A DNA stretch of 56,755 bases, taken from IMG/VR virus record IMGVR_UViG_3300042879_002674, positions 1 to 56,755 of that record. The stretch is one strand, 5' to 3'. Shown here piece by piece: positions 48,451-56,468 of the stretch (its first letter is position 1; each line of letters begins with the position of its first letter). This stretch comes from a virus. Lineage: Duplodnaviria; Caudoviricetes. The notes below the pieces were generated by a model that was given only the letters and a program-made list of their open reading frames with translations, was not told the origin of the DNA and searched no databases. The translations under genes were made by a program, and so were the position numbers.

Positions 48451-48708
48451 TTAGAATCGTGCTAAAGGATCTGAAGTGATGATACCACCATCTTTTTCAC
48501 CTCGTGAAGTTAACATTTGTTCCTGTGGTATTACTTCCACTATAACGCCGTTAGCAGTGAATTTACCACCCTGTTTTAGCAACTTCGTGAACAGCGTTGC
48601 ATGCTTAGGTTCCCACGTTTTACTCGCTTCTACTACCACTGCTTTGTCTACTACCTTACCATCGAATTTAATAGTAATACCTTTTCTAATTGCTCTTGAT
48701 GAAATCAT
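48451..48708 (-). CDS. Hypothetical protein
   Basis: 85 aa behind a promoter copy at 48737-48769. Confidence 0.65.
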   Translation of the reverse strand: MISSRAIRKGITIKFDGKVVDKAVVVEASKTWEPKHATLFTKLLKQGGKFTANGVIVEVIPQEQMLTSRGEKDGGIITSDPLARF

Positions 48709-49025
48709 ATGTGTAACCTTTATTTTTTATTATATCTAAATATACGTATATACTTCCCGATAGCCAAACTTTTTGTTAAAGGAGTTTTTTCATTTCTTGC
48801 GATTTTTGGTCAAAGGGGTTAGTTCGGAATTTGGGGTGTGGTTGTGGGTAATATATATATGTATATACAAATCGGGGCGGGAAGATCGTTTACGATCTGA
48901 AGGTTGATCCATTCCCAGGGTTTTCAGGTATACCGGGTATATGGATATCAACGCGCATGGTAGCGCTTACGTCGTACTGTATATGTACATACCGTGTACA
49001 CGCGCACTCCCGCGACACAGGAGGA

Positions 49026-49187
49026 TCAAGCGTGGTCAGAAATGTAAACCACCTCTTCACTGGTCAGTGACACCGAAATTTGCTCGGCGATTGTCTCCAC
49101 CAGACTAGGTGACAGTTCACCATGTGGCACTTGCTGGCGATGTACTTCCATCATCACTAGTGCGGCGTTGTAGCTCATTGTTGTCAT
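49026..49187 (-). CDS. Small hypothetical protein; not in the ORF track
   Basis: 53 aa, MTTMSYNAALVMMEVHRQ...; coupled to the upstream stop. Confidence 0.5.
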   Translation of the reverse strand: MTTMSYNAALVMMEVHRQQVPHGELSPSLVETIAEQISVSLTSEEVVYISDHA

Positions 49188-49369
49188 TATAGTCGTTGGA
49201 GTTTTAATTGGACGAATTCGTTACACATGTCTGCTGTACCTACCATTCTACAAACACCATTCCAGTCTAGTACTTCGTATGCTGGTGCACTTGATGGGCA
49301 GTTGGAATAATTGTCTTCGGGGAACTGGCCCATTGTCTTACCAGTGGATTTGATTTGAAATCGTTTCAT
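49187..49369 (-). CDS. Small hypothetical protein
   Basis: 60-aa ORF with an A-rich leader. Confidence 0.55.
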   Translation of the reverse strand: MKRFQIKSTGKTMGQFPEDNYSNCPSSAPAYEVLDWNGVCRMVGTADMCNEFVQLKLQRL

Positions 49370-49518
49370 GTCTGTATGTTTTTATTATATATAAAATTGG
49401 ATTATTAAAAATGGGATGTCTAATGAGATGTATCTACGTTTTGGTACAACCGAGGTGCCCCAGGTGATCATTAAACCGATTTGGTTGTGAATCATTATTC
49501 TCATTCGCTTATATTCTA

Positions 49519-49728
49519 TCATGGTATGTCTACTTTTTCGATCCACACTTCATCACTTTCACCTACATAGTACATGCAGATCCCTTTGTACATGTATTGG
49601 GTTGTTCCTTTCAAGTACTCAACTATGTTATCATCCATGTAGTGAGCGTCTAACTCTATCACCTCGTCCTCCTCCATGTTTGAGAAACGATCTAAATTGG
49701 TCTCGATGTATTGAATTAATCTGTTCAT
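49519..49728 (-). CDS. Small acidic hypothetical protein
   Basis: 69-aa ORF. Confidence 0.6.
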   Translation of the reverse strand: MNRLIQYIETNLDRFSNMEEDEVIELDAHYMDDNIVEYLKGTTQYMYKGICMYYVGESDEVWIEKVDIP

Positions 49729-49741
49729 ACCTGGTTTTTAA

Positions 49742-49990
49742 TTAGTGTTTAATTTCGTAACTGAATAAATAACCACAGTCGTCATCGTACATGTCTATCT
49801 CAGCTGCTACCAGACCTGATAATTGAGACATTACATCTTCGTTTAGGCGTTGCCAGTAACCGATTCTTAAATGGCGTTCAGTGCCTCGGAATTGGATTTC
49901 ATCTTGCTTAATACCGTTGTTAGTTAAGATGTTCTCGATTGTTCTTTCAATTGTTGTTTGCGGTGCTTCGCTTTCTGATCTAAATTTCAT
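49742..49990 (-). CDS. Hypothetical protein; start revised to MKFRSE
   Basis: The track start falls inside the promoter motif. Confidence 0.65.
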   Translation of the reverse strand: MKFRSESEAPQTTIERTIENILTNNGIKQDEIQFRGTERHLRIGYWQRLNEDVMSQLSGLVAAEIDMYDDDCGYLFSYEIKH

Positions 49991-50052
49991 GTTATATCTG
50001 TTTTTAATTATACCTGAATATAACATCACCTGATCGGGAAGCCAAACAAGTG

Positions 50053-50190
50053 TTAACGAAGGGTGTCCACGGCTACCGTATCTGTTACTACGATCGGGAC
50101 TGTCTCACCATATGGACTCACCCAATATATGTCTGTTGTCGTCGGGGAACATCCCGCTAGCACAAGCGCTACTATAAGGATACGTACCAT
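50053..50190 (-). CDS. Small lipoprotein; not in the ORF track
   Basis: MVRILIVALVLAGCSPTTTDIYWVSPYGETVPIVVTDTVAVDTLR with canonical LAGC lipobox. Confidence 0.65.
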   Translation of the reverse strand: MVRILIVALVLAGCSPTTTDIYWVSPYGETVPIVVTDTVAVDTLR

Positions 50191-50720
50191 CTGTCTGAAT
50201 TATATTTGGCGATGTCGTTTGTCTCCGCCAGTAACTGGTACTGCTGTCCGACACTAGCATGGATATCCTCCAGAGCGTCTGACACTAGTAATCGCTCTCC
50301 CAGCAACTGTGCGAACGTATCATTGGATCTGTCTACCGTATCCTGGTCTGTCATTATCTTGAAGTAATTCGCTTCCGCTACCTCACTGATGAACATCCCG
50401 GAGTACATGCCCTTGAGGTTGTAGCGATGGACAAACTGGTCGGCGTTGCACCAGATGAATATGCTGTTGTCCTTATGTGCTAACGCCTCAGCCACTAGCG
50501 CATCCACGATGTACATGCCTGTTCTGAACCCAGATACGTTTAGCAGTCCACCTGGCGTTCCATGGCCTAACATGATCACCTGGTCGTGATCGTCTATCAT
50601 GTCCATGAGCTCTAGGCGGCTGCATCCGGTAGTCACTAGTGTGACGTCTGGTAAGCGATTGTATATCGGCGCTAGGAAGTCTGTAGATGGGTCTGTCGGG
50701 TGTATTACTAGTCGTTTCAT
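50172..50720 (-). CDS. Putative clan CD (caspase/gingipain/CHAT-like) cysteine peptidase; start revised to MKRLVIHP
   Basis: VIMLGHG and IFIWCNA, a His-Gly/Cys dyad each following a hydrophobic strand. Confidence 0.5.
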   Translation of the reverse strand: MKRLVIHPTDPSTDFLAPIYNRLPDVTLVTTGCSRLELMDMIDDHDQVIMLGHGTPGGLLNVSGFRTGMYIVDALVAEALAHKDNSIFIWCNADQFVHRYNLKGMYSGMFISEVAEANYFKIMTDQDTVDRSNDTFAQLLGERLLVSDALEDIHASVGQQYQLLAETNDIAKYNSDRWYVSL

Positions 50721-50908
50721 TTGTTTCGGCTTATTAATATTAGTGCCCAATATCCACCTATGGCTATTATAAGCGCTAGCGGTATCCAAAGTGGACTAGT
50801 TACCCACCACCATGACCAATCAATGTTGCCTGTTAATTTAAGTACTAGGAACACTAAGAATAATACCGTTCCAAATCCAATTCCGTTTGATGTGTTTTCG
50901 TTTGCCAT
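50717..50908 (-). CDS. Small Trp-rich membrane protein
   Basis: LFLVFLVLKLTGNIDWSWWWVTSPLWIP. Confidence 0.75.
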   Translation of the reverse strand: MANENTSNGIGFGTVLFLVFLVLKLTGNIDWSWWWVTSPLWIPLALIIAIGGYWALILISRNK

Positions 50909-50909
50909 T

Positions 50910-51155
50910 TTATTTATTTGCTATTTGATTCATAATTTCAAGTACATCATCAGGTGAACACCATCCACGAACATCATCATGCTCGCTCAGTTTCACCCAT
51001 TTCCTATCTGGGCCCCATGCTGCGACTTCAGCTGTGGTCTCACCTTCGTCCGAGTAATTGTTTTTACCAAACTGGACACTCATGGTGTATCCGTTCTTGA
51101 ATATCATATGGAACCCGTTATGATATTCGTTTTGTGTTGCTCTAAATTTGCTCAT
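50910..51155 (-). CDS. Hypothetical protein
   Basis: FKNGYTMSVQFG...AEVA...DDVRGW. Confidence 0.7.
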   Translation of the reverse strand: MSKFRATQNEYHNGFHMIFKNGYTMSVQFGKNNYSDEGETTAEVAAWGPDRKWVKLSEHDDVRGWCSPDDVLEIMNQIANK

Positions 51156-51415
51156 ATATTTAATGCTTTTCTTTGTACTTCAATAAACCATTCAATTGTC
51201 TTACTATCCTCCTTAACCGTTTCACTAGCGTCATTTAAAACGCAAACGTCAAAATATGATCTGTGATACTCCATACTGTCATGATAATTTTTATGATCAG
51301 GTTTGATAAACGTTACTCGTCCTCCATCCCCATCATCCACTACCTCATAACCTAATCCTGTTACCATTTCAAATACTAGCTTGTTAAGCGCTTTTCTTGA
51401 TTCTGTTTTATTCAT
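51152..51415 (-). CDS. Hypothetical protein
   Basis: 87 aa behind the promoter copy at 51438. Confidence 0.65.
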   Translation of the reverse strand: MNKTESRKALNKLVFEMVTGLGYEVVDDGDGGRVTFIKPDHKNYHDSMEYHRSYFDVCVLNDASETVKEDSKTIEWFIEVQRKALNI

Positions 51416-51483
51416 GTTCGTGTTATTTAATTATGACTAAATATAACATCACCTTTACCAGAGGCCAAACCTAGGTACAGAGA

Positions 51484-51501
51484 GGGGCCGCAAGCGGCCC
51501 C
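51484..51501 (-). terminator. GC hairpin
   Basis: GGGGCCGC / GCGGCCCC stem. Confidence 0.65.
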
Positions 51502-51535
51502 ATCTCCTATATAATTAAAAACACACATGAACTAC

Positions 51536-52054
51536 TTAACTGATCCTCTCTAGGTACATGTCCCCAAAGATGTCATCTATCTCATCACTTACCGAATCTG
51601 GATCCAAATCAATCGCACCATCAATTTCATCATGGATAGATCTAGCAATTGAATCTTGATCTAGCTCGATCTCAATCTGGTAACCATAACTCATAGATAG
51701 ATCAACTAAACTATCTGCGTCTAGGTTAGTGTCTGTCACTGCTTCCTTACATTTATCAATTATTCGCCCAGCCAACTTAGTGGCGAAGTCGATCATCTCT
51801 GCTCTGGTAAGGTGAACATGTCCTGCGTACTTATCATCCTCTGTTACCACATATGCACTTTCTACTACTGTTCGTTCCACATCACCAAAACCTCTAACAT
51901 CGAATTCAGGACCTTCGTCTACCACCTCCACAGGTGATTCTTCACATCCGCATCCACAGGCACCGTCACCACAAATGGTTTCACCATATACTCGTTTTCC
52001 AATTGCCTCAATCTTATCATTTAACTCCATTAATTGCTCTAATACTGTCTTCAT
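51536..52054 (-). CDS. Acidic hypothetical protein
   Basis: 172 aa; CGDGACGCGC cluster; resembles 55454..55801. Confidence 0.7.
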   Translation of the reverse strand: MKTVLEQLMELNDKIEAIGKRVYGETICGDGACGCGCEESPVEVVDEGPEFDVRGFGDVERTVVESAYVVTEDDKYAGHVHLTRAEMIDFATKLAGRIIDKCKEAVTDTNLDADSLVDLSMSYGYQIEIELDQDSIARSIHDEIDGAIDLDPDSVSDEIDDIFGDMYLERIS

Positions 52055-52115
52055 GTTATCTGTTTTTATTATTGATCTAAATATAATGTCTTATCCTCCG
52101 AGAGCCAAACCTACT

Positions 52116-52385
52116 TTAGTTAAGGTAAAACCCTATTTCCTGTACTTCGTTCTTGGCAAAATTTTTAGCCGACTGTAGGAAGTGTAGGTGCAAGTGCAAG
52201 GCATTTATGTCGTCCATAATCTCCCTAGTTGGTCTCATGTCTAGGAACATCATCGAGTTATGTTCTAGTTCCTGTATCTGTTTCAACGCTTGGTCTATCG
52301 ATTTATTAGCCGTGCTTAATATATCTAGGATCTGGTGCGCCTGAATACGCTCTAATACTTCGTCGGTGTGTTTATCGTAATCCAT
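52116..52385 (-). CDS. Hypothetical protein
   Basis: 89-aa helical ORF. Confidence 0.6.
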   Translation of the reverse strand: MDYDKHTDEVLERIQAHQILDILSTANKSIDQALKQIQELEHNSMMFLDMRPTREIMDDINALHLHLHFLQSAKNFAKNEVQEIGFYLN

Positions 52386-52386
52386 C

Positions 52387-52653
52387 TTATTTAAATTTAC
52401 TTATAATGTTTTTGATACAATGTCCTTCTCCTAAATTAATAGTCCAAACACTTCTAACCATTCTTTTTTTACCATCCTTAACTCCTACTACCTTCATAAT
52501 TCGTTCTTCACCTGTAAAACCTTTACATCCTTCCTTTCTCATCCAATAATAAAAAGTAATGTTTACACCATCTACCTTTACATCCTTCTCCCAATACTGG
52601 TTAATGCAATGATCTTTCGTTGAATTAATTTGTTCTTCTCTGAAATTTTTCAT
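52387..52653 (-). CDS. Hypothetical protein; start revised to MKNFREEQ
   Basis: The track start lies upstream of the promoter and hairpin. Confidence 0.65.
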   Translation of the reverse strand: MKNFREEQINSTKDHCINQYWEKDVKVDGVNITFYYWMRKEGCKGFTGEERIMKVVGVKDGKKRMVRSVWTINLGEGHCIKNIISKFK

Positions 52654-52713
52654 ATTCGTGTTTTTAATTATACCTGAATATAACATCCATGTTCGGCTAA
52701 GCCAAACAGAAGT

Positions 52714-52729
52714 GGGCCCCTTTGGGCCC
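52714..52729 (-). terminator. GC hairpin
   Basis: GGGCCC / GGGCCC stem. Confidence 0.55.
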
Positions 52730-52759
52730 CTTTCTGAAAAACACACACATGGCTGGGTA

Positions 52760-52969
52760 TTAACCCACTAGCTCGATAGTCTTCATACGACGACGAGACA
52801 TATTGTACATAGCGTTCGCTACGTCTTGGTTCACCGAACGGCGACCGTTAATGATGTTTGAAACATGACTGGTAGAATAACCAGTTGTCTCTGCTAGGCG
52901 AGCAGTGTCACCTTTACGTTGACGTGCATTGTAGAACGCCAATTTTGCTGTACGATTTAATTTACGCAT
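52760..52969 (-). CDS. Cro/XRE-like helix-turn-helix protein
   Basis: ARLAETTGYSTSHVSNIINGRR. Confidence 0.8.
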   Translation of the reverse strand: MRKLNRTAKLAFYNARQRKGDTARLAETTGYSTSHVSNIINGRRSVNQDVANAMYNMSRRRMKTIELVG

Positions 52970-53047
52970 AACTTTTATTAATTATTTATTTATATCTCAA
53001 TATACGATAGCACTAATGTTAGAGCAAGCTATCCTTAAGAAAGGGAA

Positions 53048-53074
53048 AGACCTAAGCTGATCAGGCCTAGGTCT
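53048..53074 (-). terminator. Hairpin terminator
   Basis: AGACCTAGGC / GCTTAGGTCT stem followed by TTCCCTTTCTT on the minus strand. Confidence 0.6.
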
Positions 53075-53200
53075 CCATTGTTGGGGCGCTTTGCTTCGCG
53101 TTCGAATCCCATGAGTAAGTTGGTTATTCATCTAACTGGCGTACGTTCCAGTCGATATAGCCTTGCCTAAGGGCCTTCCTCATTGTTACCAGATTAAATG

Positions 53201-53250
53201 TCTCATAATCTACCCTTTGGTCCTATAATCTCCCTTCGGGTCTCATAATC
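53201..53250. repeat. Imperfect 20-bp tandem repeat, about 2.5 copies
   Basis: TCTCATAATCTACCCTTTGG / TCCTATAATCTCCCTTCGGG / TCTCATAATC. Confidence 0.6.
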
Positions 53251-53262
53251 AACTACTGGTAT

Positions 53263-53351
53263 TGGTAGCCGGAGTGGGAATCGAACCCACACTGCCGTTT
53301 CGGGCAACAGGATTTTAAGTCCTGCGTGTCTACCTATTTCACCACCCGGCC
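53263..53351 (-). tRNA. tRNA-Leu(TAA)
   Basis: Anticodon arm CAGGA-CTTAAAA-TCCTG, long variable arm, T arm GTGGG-TTCGATT-CCCAC, encoded CCA. Confidence 0.95.
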
Positions 53352-53360
53352 ATTTGAGGC

Positions 53361-53522
53361 TTATGCCTCCGGAGTCGCTTCCGCTTGTTCAACCTCAGCC
53401 TTAGGCTTAGATGGACGTCCACGTTTAATTACTCCTCCGTTTGCTGCAACTCGTGCTGCGCGGGCCGCTAATCGTGCTTGACGTGCGCTACCCTCTACTA
53501 CTGGTCTTCCTTTTTGTGACAT
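53361..53522 (-). CDS. Small basic protein with two AT-hook-like motifs; not in the ORF track
   Basis: MSQKGRPVVEGSARQARLAARAARVAANGGVIKRGRPSKPKAEVEQAEATPEA; own promoter (53554) and AAATAAAGGTTATG leader. Confidence 0.75.
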   Translation of the reverse strand: MSQKGRPVVEGSARQARLAARAARVAANGGVIKRGRPSKPKAEVEQAEATPEA

Positions 53523-53586
53523 AACCTTTATTTATTTGTTTTTATTATTTATCTGAATATAACATACCTACTTGGCTGAGCCAAAC

Positions 53587-53859
53587 CTATCTACCCATTT
53601 CTTTCTCCCACTCATCCCCGTCTATAAACATCCCAGGTCCAGACCCTAGACTATCTACGAACTCTTGAACTTCATCAAACAACTCAGCATTGTCAACATA
53701 GTCATATAATGTTCCTGTTTTACTTGATAATGTAAAGTCAATTACTGTTCCATCTTCACCTGCCCATTCAGTATAGATTAGGATTTTTTCTGTTGGGTGG
53801 TCAATAACATAAACATTCTGTGTTATTCCTGATTGTGTGATTTGATTTCTTAATTTCAT
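53587..53859 (-). CDS. Hypothetical protein
   Basis: 90 aa between two promoter copies. Confidence 0.65.
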   Translation of the reverse strand: MKLRNQITQSGITQNVYVIDHPTEKILIYTEWAGEDGTVIDFTLSSKTGTLYDYVDNAELFDEVQEFVDSLGSGPGMFIDGDEWEKEMGR

Positions 53860-53910
53860 GTGTTTCTTATTTATGATTAAATATAACGTCCTGATCCCCC
53901 TAAGCCAAAC

Positions 53911-54180
53911 TTATTCGTGGATAAGATTCACTTCTTTTACCACTTCTGAAACATTAAACTCTCGCTCCTCAGCTACGGCTATAAGTTGTTTAATCTGTAG
54001 TGCGTCAAAGGCGTTATCTGGGTTTAATACGTCGGTTAAGGCCGTTATAAACGTCTTAAATACCGCATCATCCACATTGTGATAACTGATAACTCCTTTA
54101 ATAGTTCCAATTAACTTGCCGTAACGGGCGTGAATTGATTGTTCTGCATCTTTACCTGGCTCAATTACTAAATTTTTCAT
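53911..54180 (-). CDS. Hypothetical protein; start revised to MKNLVIEP
   Basis: The track start lies in the promoter motif. Confidence 0.65.
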   Translation of the reverse strand: MKNLVIEPGKDAEQSIHARYGKLIGTIKGVISYHNVDDAVFKTFITALTDVLNPDNAFDALQIKQLIAVAEEREFNVSEVVKEVNLIHE

Positions 54181-54248
54181 ATATCTGTTTTTAATTATAC
54201 CTGAATATAACATCGCTCTACCTGGAAGCCAAACCTAACACGAAAGAG

Positions 54249-54264
54249 GGGCCATAAATGGCCC
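54249..54264 (-). terminator. GC hairpin
   Basis: GGGCCAT / ATGGCCC stem. Confidence 0.55.
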
Positions 54265-54293
54265 ACCCTTCCTATAATTAAAAAACACACACT

Positions 54294-55097
54294 TTATTCC
54301 TCTTCGTCCGCCTCTGGCAAACTGTACTCAACTTGGTTAAAACCAATTCTATATTTGATATATGATTCAGTATCACAATCTCTGTTTTTACTGAAATATA
54401 CCTTTCTACTATCACTACCTTTAATTCTATCAATATGACACATTGCTTCGGTCATGTGTTTCAATCTGTTACTACCTGCAAAATCACCTGCTTTAGTTAC
54501 TTGTTGAATGTTAATAAACGATGTGTACTTTTTTAATTTATTACCACCTTTCTTAACTGTTGATTGTAAGTTCAAAAACCATAACTCCGCAGCGCTTTCA
54601 GTTGTACGGTAAGTATCTTTAAACATTTCAATTACCTCAGCAATACTATCAATTGCAATCACATCATAACCTTGGTCGAACACATACTCCATTGTCTCAC
54701 GAACCGTTTCAGTATAGTTCTTCAAAAATAATGTCGGTACAACCTTAAAACCAGGCATACGTTTACAATATTTGAAGTGACCAATTTCATCCATCTCACC
54801 ACTCACAAACAATACCTTTTTACCTTTAGACGCTAGTTTAGATAACATATCTAATACCACCGTACTCTTACCTGAACCTGGTCCGCCGCAGATAATCATA
54901 TTAACAGCAGGCATTAAACCCTTATCTGTTGATAAAATCGAATCCATCAACGTTCCAGTTGACATTGGGCGAAATACAGACTCGTTAAATGATAACTCAG
55001 AACCTTTAAATATTTGAACTGATTTTGGGTCGAACGCTACTGTTTCTTTAACTTTTGGCTTACGACCTCTTTTCTTTTGCATTACTAAATTTTTCAT
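54294..55097 (-). CDS. RadA/Sms-like RecA-family ATPase without Zn finger or Lon domain
   Basis: GGPGSGKST, VLFVSGEM, IAIDSI, QVTKAGDFAGSNRLKH, KNR. Confidence 0.8.
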   Translation of the reverse strand: MKNLVMQKKRGRKPKVKETVAFDPKSVQIFKGSELSFNESVFRPMSTGTLMDSILSTDKGLMPAVNMIICGGPGSGKSTVVLDMLSKLASKGKKVLFVSGEMDEIGHFKYCKRMPGFKVVPTLFLKNYTETVRETMEYVFDQGYDVIAIDSIAEVIEMFKDTYRTTESAAELWFLNLQSTVKKGGNKLKKYTSFINIQQVTKAGDFAGSNRLKHMTEAMCHIDRIKGSDSRKVYFSKNRDCDTESYIKYRIGFNQVEYSLPEADEEE

Positions 55098-55167
55098 GTG
55101 TGTGTTTTTTATTATGAATTAAATATAACATCATCTGACCCAAAGGCCAAACAAGAGGTAACAAATG

Positions 55168-55356
55168 TTACCCTTGAATCATCCTACCCTCCTCAAATAT
55201 AACCCAACTAAAATCTGAGTAATGTTCGCCTGGTGATAAGAATTCCTCTTTAATTAAATGATTATTTAACTCATCTTTAAAACATCTAATAGATGTAAAA
55301 TCATAAATGTCATTACGATCTACAAAGATCAAATAGGTGTAAATTTCTTGATACAT
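55168..55356 (-). CDS. Small hypothetical protein
   Basis: 62 aa between two promoter copies. Confidence 0.6.
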   Translation of the reverse strand: MYQEIYTYLIFVDRNDIYDFTSIRCFKDELNNHLIKEEFLSPGEHYSDFSWVIFEEGRMIQG

Positions 55357-55414
55357 GTGTTATTATTTTTTAATTATACCTAAATATAACATCACCTAAC
55401 CCAAAGGCCAAACA

Positions 55415-55438
55415 GAGGGACACATTCCTGTGCCCCTC
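55415..55438 (-). terminator. Hairpin
   Basis: GAGGGACACA / TGTGCCCCTC imperfect stem. Confidence 0.5.
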
Positions 55439-55453
55439 CATTTAAAGGTAATT

Positions 55454-55801
55454 TTACTTACCTAAACCCTCTAATACAACCTCAACTACACTCTCAACAT
55501 TCTCCTCATCCAACACCCAATCAATACTATCTACAACCTCACTTAACACTCTACCTCTACTAACTTTAACTTCTAAACCACCCATCACATCACTATTACG
55601 TTTAGTGTATAAGGCACCTCCAAAATCAAAATTATCTTTTTTACTTAACTCAAACTTCACACCATTTGCAACGGCATTACTAATTGTTTTAGTAAATTCA
55701 ATTAACTCCTCTCTTGTGAAAGTAATACTTTCATTATTAATTTCGTTTTCTAACTCTGCAATTTTTGCTTTTAAACCTAACAATTCTGCGAACTTGTTCA
55801 T
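55454..55801 (-). CDS. Hypothetical protein
   Basis: 115 aa; probable paralog of 51536..52054. Confidence 0.65.
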   Translation of the reverse strand: MNKFAELLGLKAKIAELENEINNESITFTREELIEFTKTISNAVANGVKFELSKKDNFDFGGALYTKRNSDVMGGLEVKVSRGRVLSEVVDSIDWVLDEENVESVVEVVLEGLGK

Positions 55802-55870
55802 ACTTTTTTGTTTTTAATTATTATTTTTTTATTTGACTAAATATAACATCCCTTTATTACAAGGCCAAAC

Positions 55871-56122
55871 CTACTTTACCCACTCTATAACCTCCCCTAA
55901 ACCGTCTTCTACACTAAACTCTACAGTACCATTCTCATCTTCCTCAAATTCAAACATGTCATTAACATCCTTATCACTAGTAAATAATACTGCATACTCA
56001 TTAATTACGCTTGAAATTAACTTTTCTTGTTCTGTTGTTAACGGCTCATTAAATATTTTTTCAACGTAGCCGTACTGTGAATTGTAAATAAACCCTGTAA
56101 CCCCTTCTTTTAATTTTAACAT
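55871..56122 (-). CDS. Small acidic hypothetical protein
   Basis: 83 aa between two promoter copies. Confidence 0.65.
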   Translation of the reverse strand: MLKLKEGVTGFIYNSQYGYVEKIFNEPLTTEQEKLISSVINEYAVLFTSDKDVNDMFEFEEDENGTVEFSVEDGLGEVIEWVK

Positions 56123-56197
56123 ATTATTTGTGTTTTTTTAATTATGACTGAATATAACATCAATGTTCAGCAGAGCCAAACAAAATGGTGAGGGAGT

Positions 56198-56395
56198 TTA
56201 AATACTCACCTCACAAATACCATAGTCGGTTAAACCATCAAAATCATCATCAAATACATTTCCTACATCAAACCCTGGAAATTCAAAGTTATACTCAAAA
56301 TCTGTGTGGTCAGTAACTGATAATACTAACTCCATTTCTCCGTGACCTTGTTCTTTTAACTCTGTTAATTGGTCGATTAATTCTTGTACTGTCAT
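56198..56395 (-). CDS. Small acidic hypothetical protein
   Basis: 65 aa, MTVQELIDQL N-terminus. Confidence 0.65.
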   Translation of the reverse strand: MTVQELIDQLTELKEQGHGEMELVLSVTDHTDFEYNFEFPGFDVGNVFDDDFDGLTDYGICEVSI

Positions 56396-56468
56396 GTGTT
56401 ATTAATTTTTAATTATACTTAAATATAACATCAATGACACACAAAGCCAAACAAAAGGTGAGGGAGGT

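Larger units (their letters stand above)
48737..56452 (-). repeat. Dispersed 33-bp promoter repeat GTTTGGC-N14-ATGTTATATT(T/C)A
   Basis: Copies start (plus-strand coordinate) at 48737, 50015, 51438, 52078, 52675, 53554, 53878, 54202, 55120, 55381, 55838, 56149 and 56420, each about 20-35 nt upstream of an ATG. Confidence 0.9.

Noticed and set aside
51527-51553. Tiny plus-strand ORFs after the anti-leader elements (MNYLTDPL here, MAGY at 52749)
   Set aside because: No plus-strand promoter, only 4-8 codons long, and the third element has no ATG
49742-54213. Repeated N-terminal peptide MLYSGIIKN in three ORF-track proteins
   Set aside because: It results from translating the repeated promoter and leader DNA; the true starts are downstream at 49990, 52653 and 54180
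2372-56069. Numerous plus-strand ORFs in the track, other than 37954..38283
   Set aside because: They are antisense shadows of longer minus-strand genes or tRNAs and have no promoter, leader or recognisable motif
48737-56452. Possible CRISPR array or integron-like cassette sites
   Set aside because: The repeat is bipartite with a variable 14-nt core, is spaced hundreds of bases apart by whole genes, is not palindromic, and no cas operon or integrase is present; promoter geometry explains it
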